A DNA stretch of 64,000 nt, from the NCBI GenBank assembly GCA_035221665.1, contig JAVHYY010000119.1:1-64000 (forward strand), given 5' to 3'. Below, in pieces: positions 11,736 to 24,773 of this stretch. The position numbers were made by a program, and so were the translations under genes. Positions within the stretch are counted from its first letter, which is position 1. Every line of letters starts with the position of its first letter. Source of the DNA: Okamejei kenojei (Eukaryota). The notes below the pieces were generated by a model. That model saw only the letters and a program-made list of their open reading frames with translations. It ran no database searches and had not been told where the DNA came from.

Positions 11736-14700
11736 TTTTTTGTTTTGTTTTTTTTGTTTTTGTTCGTTTATTTTATTAGAATACAGTACAAACCAATACA
11801 GAGGCACCTAATTTTGGGTGCCAACTATGTCATAACATGATACATTCTATGTACAACCTCCAGTTTTATGTTTTTGAAAAGGAAATGAAAAAAGACAAGA
11901 AATAAAAGAGAGAAGAAAAAGAGGAAAAATAGATATTAGAAAATAGAAAAATATGAAGTGTGTATATAAGAAAAGAAAAAGTAGAAAGTAGAAATAGGAG
12001 AAACAGACCCTTAAAAAAGAAAATTTTCAAATTTTTTTTCGGAGATGTAATTCTACCCACGACCTGACCTGAAATCAGTAATCTTTACGGTACTGCTGCA
12101 TCACATGATTCCAAAAAGTCGATGAAAGGGGACCAACTCCTTAAGAATAGGTCATATTTATCTATTAGACGGAGTCTCATTTCTTCAAGGTGAACTATGT
12201 CTGTCATATTACTAATCCACATTTTAATAGTTGGTATAGCTGTATTTTTCCAAAATTTAAGTATCAATTTCTTTCCAATTATTAACCCATAATTAAAGAA
12301 TACTTTTTTGGACTTTGTTTAAAACTTGATATCTTCTACTTAATTATTCAAATATAATCTATTCCGTATTTGGTTCTATTCTTGACTTGAAGAGCTTTGT
12401 AAATATATCAAATATTTCACTCCAAAATTTATTCAACTTTATACATCCTACAAATGAATGTGTTATATTGGCATTTTGAAACAAACATTTATCGCATCTA
12501 GGAGAAACATTTGAGTAGAATTTATTCAACCTCGTTTTTGAATAATATAGTCTATGTAATAATTTAAATTGAATTAATGTTGTGCATTAATGGAACAATT
12601 ATGTGTGTTCATCAGATACTTTCCCATCTATATTTCGGAATCTTTATCATTGGTTCATGTTCCCAATCTTCTCTTAGTGCCTCTGTTGAGGGTAATTCTC
12701 CATTTAATATACTATTATAAAAATATGATATTAGTTTTTGTGAATCGGCCTTAATATTCATTGCTTCTTCTAAAGGGTCTAAAAATATAGTTTGAAATCT
12801 ATATATTTCTTCATGAAGTCACATATCTGTATATATTTAAAATATTGATTATCATTCAGTTTAAATTTTGATTTTAATTGTTGAAATGATAACAATTTAC
12901 CCAATTCATACATATCTCCTACTTTCCTAATTCCCAGTGTATCCCATGTTTTATATATGTTTTGTCGATATAGAGATGGTTTGAAGTGCAGGATTATTCA
13001 ATATTGGGGTTAATACTGATAGATTATTTAATTTCAAGGATAATTTTATTTGTTTCCAAATTCTTATTGTATTCTGAATAATTTGGTTCTTCTTATATAT
13101 TATACTATTCAATTTTATCGGTGAGAACAAGATCGTTCCTCTATCGTACGTGAACCACTCCTCTTTCTCCATTCTTATCCACTCCGACTGGTGAGTGGAG
13201 TTATCCAACCAGTACATTATGTTTTTTATATGCACTGCCCAGTAGTAATACGTAAAGTTAGGTAATGATAAACCCCCAACTTCTTTAGGTTTACACAGAT
13301 GCTTTCGTTGAATCCTGTGTGCTCTATAATCTCATATAAAATTAGTGATATTAGAATCTACTTTTTTGAAAGAATATTTTGGAATATATATTGGGATCGC
13401 TTGAAACAAATATATTAATTGTGGTAAGAAAGTCATTTTTATAGTGTTAATTCTACCTATCAATGAGCGTTGTAGCGTTTTCCAAAATGTAATCATAACA
13501 TTCAGTTTATTTAATAGTGGCATAAAATTGGCACTAAATAATGATTTGTGTCTTCCCGTAATTTGAATATCCAAATACTTGAATTTTTCTGTTGCAATTT
13601 TGAAAGGAAATTTTAATAAGTGTCTCGCATCCTGTGGTTTCAAAGACATAATTTCGCTTTTATTCCAATTTATTCTATATCCTGAAAAAGAACCAAATTC
13701 CTCGATTAGTGTTAATAAGGTGGGGATATTCTTTTGTGTATTAGTAATATATAAAAGAATATCGTCAGCATATAATGAAATTTTATTCTTTGAGTCCTTA
13801 GTGTTATATCCGTGAATATTCGGATGATTTCTAATCCTTTCAGCCAACGGTTCTATCATAAGGGCAAATAACAATGGTGATAAGGCACATCCCTGCCTAT
13901 TACCCCTTGATAAATAAAATTTTGGAGATAATGTAATATTAGTTAATTTAACCCATCTAATAAAATTCTCTCCCGTATTAAATTTTTGGAGTACCTTATA
14001 TAAATACTAACATTATACCTGATCAAATGCCTTCTCCGCATCCAACGTAACGACTGAAATATCTTCAATGTCCTCTTTGTAAGAGTACATTATTTTGAAA
14101 AGCTTTCTCAAGTTATTAAATGATTGTCTTTTGGGTATAAATCCAGTTTAATCTGGGTTTACCAATTTGTTAATCTAATTATTCAGTCTTCTTGCTAGAA
14201 TCTTTGCTAAAATGTTCTGATCCGTATTTAGAAGTGATATAACTGTAAGAATCCAGTTCCTCTAAGTCTTTATCTTGTTTTGGTATAAGCGTTATTGTTG
14301 ATTCAGCTAAAGTTTCTGGTAGTTTATTTCCAGTATAAGCCTGTGTGTATATGTTGAATAATCTTGGTACAATTGACTCCTGAAATTGTTTATAAAATCA
14401 TTGCTAAAACCATCTGGTCCTGGGGTCTTCCCATTTTTCAATGAGTTTATTGTTTGTTTTATTTCTTCACTAGTAATCCGTGCTCCTAATTCCTCTTGTT
14501 CCAAACTACCCAATTTAGGGAGGTTGCAATTATCTAAAAAATTTGTAATTTTACTATCATCTGTGTTTATTTTGGTTGTGTATAAATTATGATAAAATTG
14601 GGCAAACCTTTTATTAATATCCTTTGGTAGTGTTTGAAGCTTGCCCTTATCAGATTTAATTTTAGTGATAGTATTTTCCTTTTCTTTGTGCTTCAGTTGC

Positions 14701-17700
14701 CCCGCTAATAATTTATGTGGCTTATCCCCAAATTCGAAGTGTGCCTGTTTTGTAATTTGGAATAGTCTTATTACTCTTGCCGATAATATTCTATTGAGTT
14801 TATATTTCAATAAAGTTATCTTATTATGTTTATCTATGGTTGGGTCATTTGCATTGTCCAGTTCTAATAATTTTATTTCCTGTTCAACCCTCCGGTTCTC
14901 TTTTATTTTCTTTATTTTGAAAACTTTGATAAGGGATTATAGCACCGCGAATATATGCCTTAAAGGTTTCCCATAATAGCGATACAGAAATACCCGGCGT
15001 CTCATTTATCTCGAAAAAAATTTTGTTTGTTCTTTTATATACTCATAACCCTGCGGGTTATTTAATATTTGTGCGTTGAATCTCCAAAAAGGTTTTATAT
15101 CCAGCATTCCCTCGATTTTAAGTATAAAAGTCAGTGGTGAATGATCGGAAATAATACTATTATGGTTTAGTCGTATACGGGATTAATTTTGTATCCAATA
15201 AGAAATAGTCAATTTGTGAATAAGTTTTATGAACCGATGAGTAAAACTAATATTCCCTTCCAATTGGGTTTGCTATTCTCCAAACATCAGTTATGTTATT
15301 ATTTTTTATATAAGTATTTAAGAATTCACAGGTCTTAGTTTCCCTACCTTATTGATTTATCCAAATATGGGTCTATAACACAATTGAAATCTCCCCCCAT
15401 TATTATATTTTGATAATTATGCTCTGCAATTATATCTACTATTTTCATAAAAAATTGGGGGTTATCAAAATTAGGTGCGTAAATATTTATCATAGTTAAT
15501 GGTGTATTATAAATTTCTCCCGTGACTATAATGTATCTTCCCTCTTTATCAGATATAGACTTCTTTAATTTAAAAGGTATACCTTTCTGAATTATAATGG
15601 CCGTGCCTCTTGCTTTAGATGTGAATGCGTAGTAAGTTTGACCTATCCAGTTTGCCCTTAATCTGATCTGAGTTTGTTGTTTCAAATGCGTTTCTTGTAG
15701 AAAAGCAATGTCCGTGTTTAATGATTTTAATTGCGCCAGAATTTTACCCCTCTTAATTGGCTCATTCGCACCTCTAATGTTCCAACTACAGAAAGTGAGA
15801 CCTCCGGTGTTTATTGGACCATTATCTTGCATTGGCTATTATTACCAGAATGTATGATTCATGTGATGCAGCCAAGTAGCTCAAAATCCCGAGTCCAGGG
15901 TTGTTCTTCATAATTTCTGCACTAGATTTACATCTCCTGACACTATTAAACATAAATTAAGGGAGGGGAAAAGAGAAAAACATAAAATGAAGTGTTTATA
16001 AAGGTTGGTAAATCTACAACTCATAATAGTGAATAAACAAAAAAAGTGAATGTAAGTTATCAAAAAAGCGATATCTTACAAAAAAGCCACCTATGGTGGC
16101 TAAGATTAATTTTAAATTCACCTCCGTCGATGGAATTATGCACTGGGCTTTGCCCCCGTAATAAAATATCATCTAATGTTAGTCGGTTTCCTCCACTTAT
16201 AACGAAAATTATCATGTCAGTTCGATTAATAGCCAAAAAAATTTAAAATAAAATAAAGGAAAAGCAGAAGATTTAAAATAAAATAAAATGGAGTTGTTAT
16301 GGGTTAGAGTACCACGTCAGCAATCACACTTTTAATTCGCCTATATGTTAATTGATTCATAATTAATATTTAATATTTAGAATATCTGTCTAACCTCCCC
16401 CATCCTTCCTACTATATAGTTAGACATGTTAGTATAATACATTAAACCTTTAGCGTTAATTAAATATGTTGTGTATATATAGTTAATTAGTTAGTTAGTT
16501 ATATGCTGTATGTGTAAATAGTAGATCATATAGTAATGAGACGAAGGCAGACCATCAAAACTGTTTTTAATTCAAAAGAGAACAGTCCAATAATTATCAG
16601 GGTTGAAAAACTTGGTGCAGAGCCTGCGACTTTGAACATTCCATCTGTTGAGCTTCAGTTTTTTCAATACAAGATGAAGTTAGGTCTCTGTTATTTAGGT
16701 CTGTCTGAGAGACGTCTGAACAATTCTAATGTCTTGTTTGAAACAAAAAAGCAAGCGTATGTCTTATTAGTCTGCTTTTCCTTGAATTTTATTTAAAATC
16801 TCCTGGGCATATTTGCAAGCTGAGTCTGGATCCGTGAATGAGCGTTGCTTAGCATTGTACGTAATAAAACATTTTGCTGGGTAGATAACACCGTAACAAA
16901 GTCCAGAAAGTCCTTGTAGAATACTGCTTGCACTTTTAAACTGGCGTCTTTTTGCCAGTAATTCCCGAGGGTAGTCTCTGTAAAATCTAATTTGGAAGCG
17001 AACAACACGATGAGCCACATCTATCTTTGGTTTATCTGGCAGTTTGAAAACATCTTTAAGCAAATTAGTGATAAAATCACACATTTGAGAGCCATGCATT
17101 GCCCCCTCTTTAACTCCTATTATCCTCAGATTCTGCCTCCTTGACCCAGCTTCCAAATCTTGACATTTCCCATTCAGGTTTTTCATCCGCTCCAAATTCT
17201 CGTTATGTTCTTTTTTTAAACCAATTATTTCCTGACCCATCTGCTGCATTTCACCCTCCATCTCTTCCATCAATTTTTCCGCTTTTGTAAATTGCTTCAG
17301 CAGGGAGTCATGTTTACTGTTATAATCTCTCTGCATACTTTCCAATTCCTTAGCAGTCCTCGACTCCAAATCTTTGAACTGCTGGTTCAGAGATACCTAA
17401 AGCTCCTTTAATTGTCGATTTTCTCAGAGAGGTTAACCTCCATTGTGGATAGGTTGTTCTGCATTGTAGAAAGATTATTCTGCATTGTAGAATTCATTTT
17501 AGAAAATTGCTTCTAAAGATCTTTAGTAATGTCTTTAGTAATATTAACTCTTACCGTTTCTTCCAAGCTTTTTGTTTCTTACTCCCTTTCTTTCAACTCT
17601 TTTGTTTCAGCTCTTGCAGCCATTTCTACTGTTGATTGTTGAGACTCCAGCTCCTCTTCCAAACTTTCAGGAGTTGTTTCAAGCTCATCCAGAGGTTTTT

Positions 17701-17948
17701 GGAGCTGGAGACTGATTGTAATCTTCTTGGGTCCTCTCTGACCTCTTCGCTTTTTCATCCGATTTTTACCGGTAAAATTGTTTTAAATCCAGATTCCACT
17801 GGTACTGTCTGATGATGACTGTACCCACAACGTTCAGCTATCCCAGTAAGAGTTTTAAAGTCGATCCTGGCATAGAAACCGACTTTAAACACGATTTGTC
17901 GGGAGCAGAACTCTGTGCAGCTGTCTTCACTGCATAGCAGCCACCAGA
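11736..17948 (-). mobile_element. Full-length, decayed L1-clade LINE (ORF1 about 17758-16767; ORF2 EN-RT 15832 to about 12085)
   Basis: ORF1 has RRQNLRIIGVKEG. EN has CSWNIRG..FLQETH..INIYAPN..GGDFN. RT has KTPGPDGF and SLYADDILLY. A-rich tail at 11736-11775. Multiple stops and frameshifts. Confidence 0.93.
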
Positions 17949-19152
17949 AGTTTGTGTTCACGAAATGGATTTAGGTTCTCAGGTGGATGCGGCCCAATTG
18001 TTTGTCTCGCCTTTTTAAAGAGTTTGTGTTCACGAAATGGATTTAGGTTTTCAGGTGGCTGCGGCCCAATTGTTTGCCTCGCCTTTTTAAAGAGTTAGTG
18101 TTCACAAAATGGATTTGGCTTGTCAGGTGGCTGCGGCCCAATTGTTTGCTTCGCCTTTTTCAAGAGTTTGTGTTCACAAAATGGATTTAGGTTGTCAGGT
18201 GGTTGCGGCCCAATTGTTTGCCTTGCCTTTTTCAAGAGTTTATGTTCACAAAATGGATTTTGGTTGTCAGGTGGCTGCAGCCCAATTGTTTGCCTCGCCT
18301 TTTTAAATTGTTTGTGTTCACAAAATGGATTTAGGTTGTCAGGTGGCTGCGGCCCAATTGTTTGCCTCATCTTTTTCAAGAGTTTGTGTTCACAAAATGG
18401 ATTTAGGTTGTCAGGTGGCTGCGGCCCAAATGTTTGCCTCACTTTTTTTAAGAGTTTGTGTTCACAAAATGGATTTAGGTTGTCAGGTGGCTGCGGCCCA
18501 ATTGTTTGCCTCGCTTTTTTCAAGAGTTTGTGTTCACAAAATGGATTTTGGTTGTCAGGTGGCTGCGGCCCAATTGTTTACCTCGCTTTTTTCAAGAGTT
18601 TGTGTTCACAAAATGGATTTAGGTTGTCAGGTGGCTGTGGCCCAATTGCTTGTCTCGCCTTTTTCAAGAGATGGTGTTCACCAAATGGATTATGGTTGTC
18701 AGGTGGCTCCGGCCCAATTGTTTGCCTCACCTTTTTCAAGAGTTTGTTGTTCACAAAATGGATTTTGGTTGTCAGGTGGCTGTGGCCCAATTGTTTGCCG
18801 CGCCTTTTTAAAGAGTTTGTGTTCACAAAATGGATGTAGGTTTTCAGGTGGCAGCGGCCCAATTGTTTGCCTCGCCTTTTTAAAGAGTTAGTGTTCACAA
18901 AATGGATTTGGCTTGTCAGGTGGCTGCGGCCCAATTGTTTGCCTCACCTTTTTCAAGAGTTTGTTGTTCACAAAATGGATTTTGGTTGTCAGGTGGCTGT
19001 GGCCCAATTGTTTGCCTCGCCTTTTTAAAGAGTTTGTGTTCACAAAATGGATTTAGGTTTTCAGGTGGCAGCGGCCCAATTGTTTGCCTCGCCTTTTTAA
19101 AGAGTTTGCGTTCACAAAATTGATTTGGTTGTCAGGTGGCTGCGGCCAAATT
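17949..19152. repeat. 72-bp minisatellite, right part (about 16.5 units)
   Basis: Same 72-bp unit. It generates the 24-aa repetitive ORFs in the track. Confidence 0.95.
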
Positions 19153-20560
19153 GTTAGACTTGGCTTGGCTTTTAAAATCGTTGCAACAGTTGGCTTCCAG
19201 CCCAAGAATCCATTCACTGTGTGCGTGTGTGACTTGAAATGGATTGACTTGACTTGAAATGGATTGTTGGCCCTGCACTCACTGTGCTTGACTTGACCCA
19301 CAATACCCATGCTAGTCTCCAGAAACCTCCCTGCCCCCCCACCCCCCCACCACCACTGGGCATCAATATTGGAATTGGTGGAGAGGTGGAATATTGCGTT
19401 GGGGACCAGCCCTCCTGTGTGAAGCTGGGACCCTTAATCTAGCATATACATATATACTGTATGTGTGCATATTCGGTGGCGCAGCAGTAGAGTTGCGGAC
19501 TCACAGCGCCAGAGAACCGGGTTCCAACTTGACTAAGGATGCTGTCTGTACGGAGTTTGCACGTTCTCCCCATGACCTGCGTGGGTTTTCTCCGGGTGCT
19601 CCGGTTTACTCCCACACTCCAAAGACGTGCGGGTCTGTAGGTTCATTGGCTTGCTGTAAATGTAAAATTGTCCCTAGTGTGTGTGTAGGATAATGTTGGT
19701 GTGCGGGGATCGCTGGTCAGCGCGGACTCGGTGGGCCGAAGGGCCTTTTTCCACGCTGTATCTCTAAACTAAACTAAAACAAACATACCATAATTCCTTT
19801 TTTACTCTATCTGTTGGGTCGTCACATTCAGGACGATCTGGATTTTGTCCGTAACACTGTTAAACATCTTGCCATTAATTGTACATTTTCCCCAAACATT
19901 TGACCTCCCAAATCGCAACACCTCGCACTTGCTCGAATTAAACTTCATCTGCCATTGCTCTGCTCATTTCTGTATCTGATCTATACCACGAAGATTGTCA
20001 TAGAGTGATACGGTGTTGAAAAAGGCCCTTCGGCCCAACCTGCCCACACCGGCCGACATGGATGATGCCCCATCTACACTAGTCCCACCTGCCTGCGTTT
20101 GGTCCATATCCCTCCAAACCTGTCCTATCCATGCACCTGTCCAACTGTTTCTTAAACGTTGGGATAGTCCCAGCCTCAACTTCCTCCACCAGCAGCACGT
20201 TCCATACACCCACCACCCTCTGTGTAGAAAGGTTACCCCTCAGATTCCTATTAAATCTTTTACCCTTCACCTTGAACCCATGTCCTCGGGACAGAAAGGT
20301 GGGAGAGAGGGAGGGAGAGAGAGGGAGAGAGAGAAAGTGCAAGAGAGAAAGAGGGAGAGCAAGCATTATAGAAAGAGAGAAAAAGGATGGAGACATGTTG
20401 GGGAGAGAAAAAGAGAGAGAGAGAGGGGGAGAGAGAGAGAGAGAGTGAGGGTGAGGGGGGGAGAGAGAGGCGAGAGAGAGGGGGAGAGAGAGGGGGAGAG
20501 AGAGTGAGCATGCAACTAAGAAAGAGAGAGAGCGGATTTTGCCATGATTGTGTGACTCAC

Positions 20561-20848
20561 AGTTGATGTTCAAGGTGACGTTTTCCCCTGCAGACTCTCC
20601 GGGTGAACGAACACATCTCAAAGACCTCCCGTGGTCTTGATAGGAAGCCACGAAGCTCAGAGTGAGGCTGGTAGTCCAGGAGTTCTCAGCTGATCCTGGA
20701 GTTTCGGTCTCAGAGACTGGATCAAAATCATCCATCCCTCTCCATCTCAGGTGACCAGGGCAGGCGAACTTTACCGAGCAGGTTAGAACCACCTTATTTC
20801 CCTCGATGATCTCCTCTGGTGAGGAGATAGTCAAGAAACTGGATTCAT
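20561..20848 (-). CDS. Siglec-like gene: domain 2 (Siglec d2-type C2) exon
   Basis: ccgaag|AT GAA TCC ... AAC T|gtgagt, 288 nt. Sequence EGNKVVLTCSVKFACP..LRW..SLTLSFVASYQDHGRSLRC, with the CxxxxxC motif typical of Siglec domain 2. Confidence 0.9.
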
Positions 20849-21109
20849 CTTCGGAGAGAGAGTCAGAGCATCAATTAGTAGTTTTTCTCTCCCTTTTTTC
20901 CCTTCTTGAGAAGGACTTAATTCAGTAATTCAAGAATCAAGAGAGTTTATTGTCATGTGTCCCTGATAGGACAATGAAATTTTTGCTTTGCTTCAGCACA
21001 ACAGAACATAGTAGGCATTGACTACAAAACAGATCAGTGTGTCCATATACCATTAAATAAATTACATTTTACTCTGTATCGGAAGATGCAAAGAATTTTA
21101 ATGGACACA

Positions 21110-21830
21110 TTACATCAGGCGCTCCGACATTTTCGCCACCTCCAATGTGATCCCGCCACTGGCCACATATTCCCATTGCCTCCCCTTTCTGCTTTCCTCA
21201 GAGACCGCTCCCTCCGAAACTCCCTGGTCAATTCGTCCCTTCCGACCCAAACCATCCCGTCCCCGGGTACTTTCCCCTGCAACCGCAGGAAATGCTACAC
21301 TTGTCGCTATACCTCCCCCCTCGACTCCATCCAAGGACCCTGACAGTCCTTTCAGGTGAGGCAGAGGTTCACGCACCTCCTCCAACCTCATTTACTGCAT
21401 CCGCTGTTCCAGGTGTCAACTTCTCTACATCGGCGAGACCAAGCGCCGGCTCGGCGATCGTTTCGCTGAACACCTCCACTCAGTCCGTCTTCACCATCCT
21501 GATCTCCCGGTACCTCAGAACTTCAAGTCCTCCTCCCATTCCCAATCTGACCTTTCTGTCCTCCTGCATTGTCAGAGTGAGGCCCAGCGCAAATTGGAGG
21601 AACAGAACCTCATATTTCGCTTGGGTAGATCACACCCCAGCGAACATTGACTTCGCTAAATTCAGATAGCCCTTGCTATCCCTCTCTCTCCATCCCCTCC
21701 CCTTTCCCAGTTCTCCCACTAGTCTTACTGTTTCCGACCACATTCTATCTCTGTCCCACCCCCTCCCCTGACACCAGTCTGAAGAAGGGTCTCGACCACG
21801 AAATGTCACCCATTCCTTTTCTCCAGAGAT
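21110..21830 (+). mobile_element. Penelope-like element 3' fragment (GIY-YIG endonuclease)
   Basis: GTFPCNRRKCYTC, then (frame change) IYCIRCSRCQLLYIGETKRRLGDRFAEH. A related fragment lies at about 25860-26250. Confidence 0.8.
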
Positions 21831-21995
21831 GCTGCCTGTCCCACAGAGTTACTCCAGCACTTCGTACCTGTCCACATTCTCCACAGAGATGCTGCCTGAA
21901 GGCTGTGTTACTCCAGCACTTTATACCTGTCCATGTTCTCCACAAAGATGCTGCCTGGCCCGCTGAGTTACTTCAGCACTTTATGTTTGTCTTAC

Positions 21996-22349
21996 CGGAG
22001 ATGTTCAGCAGAACCCCTTCCGGTCCGGAATATTTCCCATCCCGATTGCTCTCCATTCGGAAGAAGTACCATCCCTCATCCCGCTTGGTCAGACTGTCGA
22101 TTGTCAGAGTGCAGTCCTTGTCTCTCTCCCATTGTTCTGGGATCTTTGCTCCTGGATGGCGGGGAGGATCAGGACTTTCCGGAGAGCTGACGATGAGGGT
22201 GCCGTGTGTCTTGTCATCCTTGAGCCACTGAACGGTTTTCAGCCGAGAACCAGTGGGACAGGAGAAGGAACAGGGAATCCGTACACAGGTTCCCACGGCA
22301 GCCATGACATCCCTCGGAGCCTTCACCTCCCACTGATCGGCAACCACAC
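21996..22349 (-). CDS. Siglec-like gene: first V-set Ig domain exon (V1)
   Basis: ctgcag| ... TCC G|gtaag, 354 nt, phase 1-1. Sequence DQWEV..TCVRIPCSF..DCTLTI..WYFFRME..KYS shows the Siglec pattern: two B-strand Cys, an E-strand Cys, no F-strand Cys, and the conserved Arg in FFRxE. Confidence 0.92.
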
Positions 22350-22351
22350 CT

Positions 22352-23302
22352 GCAGAGAGAGAGACAGAGTCACAGAGTCACAGAGTCACAGAGTCACAGT
22401 CACAGAGGCACAGAGGCACAGATACACAGTCACAGAGACACAGAGACACAGAGACACAGAGTCACAGAGTCACAGAGTCACAGAGACACGGTCACAGAGA
22501 CACGGTCACAGAGACACGGTCACAGAGACACAGAGACACGGTCACAGAGTCACAGAGACACAGAGTCACAGTCACAGAGACACGGTCACAGAGTCACAGA
22601 GACACAGAGACACGGTCACAGAGTCACAGAGTCACAGAGACACAGTGTCCAGAGTCACAGAGACACGGTCACAGAGTCACAGAGACACAGAGACACAGAG
22701 ACACAGAGTCACAGAGACACAGAGACACGGTCACAGAGTCGCAGAGTCGCAGAGTCGCCGAGACGCCGAGACACAGAGACGCAGACGCAGAGACGCAGAG
22801 ATGCAGAGTCACAGAGACGCAGAGACACAGAGACACGGTCACAGAGACACGGTCACAGAGACATGGTCACAGAGACACAGAGACACAGAATCGCAGAGTC
22901 GCAGTTACAGACTCACAGAGACGTAGAGACGCAGAGACGCAGAGACGCAGAGTCACAGAGACACAGAGACACAGAGTCACAGAGTCGCAGAAGCGCAGAG
23001 ACGCAGAGACACAGAGACGCAGAGACACAGAGACGCAGAGACACAGAGACGCAGAGACACAGAGTCGCAGAGACACAGAGTCACAGTCACAGAGACACAG
23101 TCACAGAGACGCAGAAACACAGTCACAGAGACAGACACACAGAGACACAAAGACACATAATCACAGAAACACAGTCACAGAGTCACACAGTCACACAGAG
23201 TCACAGAGACGCACAGAGTCACAGAAACAGAGACACATAGAGTCATAGATACACACAGAGTCACAGAGACACACAGAGTCACAGTCACAGAGAGACACAG
23301 AG
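22352..23302. repeat. About 950-bp compound (CACAGAGA/CACAGAGT/CGCAGAGA)n minisatellite
   Basis: Directly visible 6-8-bp units. The array abuts the V1 splice acceptor. Confidence 0.95.
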
Positions 23303-23718
23303 TCCAGAACCAGGGGCCACAAACAGTCTACAAATAAAGGAGAGGTCATTTAGAACTGAGATGAGAAGACATTGTTTTCACCCTGAGAATGGTGAGTCTG
23401 TGGAATTCTCTGCCTCAGAGGGCAGTGGAGGCCAGTTCTCTGGATGCTTTCAAGAGAGAGTTAGATAGGGCTCTTAAAGATAGCGGAGTCAGGGGATATG
23501 GGGAGAAGGCAGGAACGGGGTGCTGATTATGGATGATCAGCCATGATCACAGTGAATGGCGGTGCTGGCTCGAAGGGCCGAATGGCCTCCTCCTGCACCT
23601 ATTGTCTATGTTTCTATGTGTGCCCCCCCCATCCCAGTGTACCCCCCCCTGTCCATCCGTCCCCCTCTGCTTTCCCCCACGGTCCCCTCGGCCGGACCGC
23701 AGTGCGTGACGGACCTAC

Positions 23719-23774
23719 CCTGGGCGAGGGTCAGGAGTGCCCACAATAAAGTTGTCATCGTCATTCGGAAAGAT
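23719..23774 (-). CDS. Siglec-like gene: signal-peptide exon (MTMTTLLWALLTLAQ-G; ATG at 23764)
   Basis: Minus strand reads ttctag|ATCTTTCCGA ATG ACG ATG ACA ACT TTA TTG TGG GCA CTC CTG ACC CTC GCC CAG G|gtagg. It is a hydrophobic leader ending in phase 1, and it joins the V1 exon in frame (G+GT=Gly). Confidence 0.85.
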
Positions 23775-24090
23775 CTAGAACGGACAAAGAAAGATGGTGA
23801 CCATCAGCACAAGTGTAGTTGTGTCAAAATTCCTGCCCCGCTCATCTCCTTCTCCCTCTCCATCTCCCTCTCCCCCTCTCTCTCACCCCTCTTCTCTCTC
23901 TCTTTAACTCTCCCCTATTTCTCTCTGTCTCTCTCCCTCCCTCTCGCTCCTCTCTCTCTTCCCCCTCTCCTCTCTTCTTTCTCTCCCTTTCCCACCTTTC
24001 CCCTCCCCAATTTCTCACTCTACCCTCTCTCTCCCTCCTCCTCTCCCTGTCTGTCTCTCCTTCTACCCCTCTCTCCCTGTCTCTCTCCTC

Positions 24091-24221
24091 NNNNNNNNNN
24101 NNNNNNNNNNNNNNNNNNNNNNNNNNNNNNNNNNNNNNNNNNNNNNNNNNNNNNNNNNNNNNNNNNNNNNNNNNNNNNNNNNNNNNNNNNNNNNNNNNNN
24201 NNNNNNNNNNNNNNNNNNNNN
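24091..24221. other. Assembly gap (others: 30961-31141, 42998-43156, 49421-49552)
   Basis: Runs of N. Confidence 1.
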
Positions 24222-24703
24222 AGATAGAGGATTTGATGACAGTGTCCAAACCACCAACTTCTCCCTCAGTCTCGACGTGACTGAAGGACTATCGTCAGTC
24301 ACACAGAGTGGAAACAGGCCCTTCCCCAAACTTGCCCACACCAGCCAACATGTCCCATCTACACCAGTCCCACCTCCACCACACCTGCTCTCTCACCCTC
24401 TCTCTCTCTCCCTCCCTCTCAAACACACTTCCATCTCTCTTTTTCTCTCCCCCATTTGTCTCTCTTCCTCTTTCTATATTGCTTGCGCTCTCTCCCTCTC
24501 TCTCTTGCTGTCCCTCGCTCACCAACTCACACTCTCTCCCTTCCTCTCTCTCCCACCTTTCTCCTCTCCCCAATTTCTCCCTCTCCCTCCCTCTTTCTCT
24601 CCCATCCCTTTCTCTCCCTCATCCTCTCCCACCCTCCCCTCTTCTCTCTCCTTCTCGCGCTCTCCCCCTCCCTTCCTCCCCCTCCCCCTCTCCCTCCCTC
24701 ACC

Positions 24704-24745
<42 letters not shown>

Positions 24746-24773
24746 CTCGCTCTCCCCTCTCCCAGAACCGTAC

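Larger units (their letters stand above)
11036..19442 (+). mobile_element. Non-autonomous Helitron-like element hosting a minisatellite and an L1
   Basis: Starts A|TCTATATATTAC. Ends ..GGGACCC-TTAATCTAG, homologous to the intact hairpin+CTAG|T end at 9701-9729. No TIR or TSD; AT-rich flanks. Confidence 0.6.

Noticed and set aside
17949-19152. CRISPR-like array or 24-aa repeat protein (ORFs 18095-18523, 18120-18839)
   Set aside because: Head-to-tail 72-bp units with no unique spacers in eukaryotic DNA. The ORFs are open on both strands simply because the unit is a multiple of 3.
22132-23240. 264-aa and 125-aa S/Q/R/H/T/E-rich ORFs
   Set aside because: Translation of the minisatellite, antisense to the real exon.
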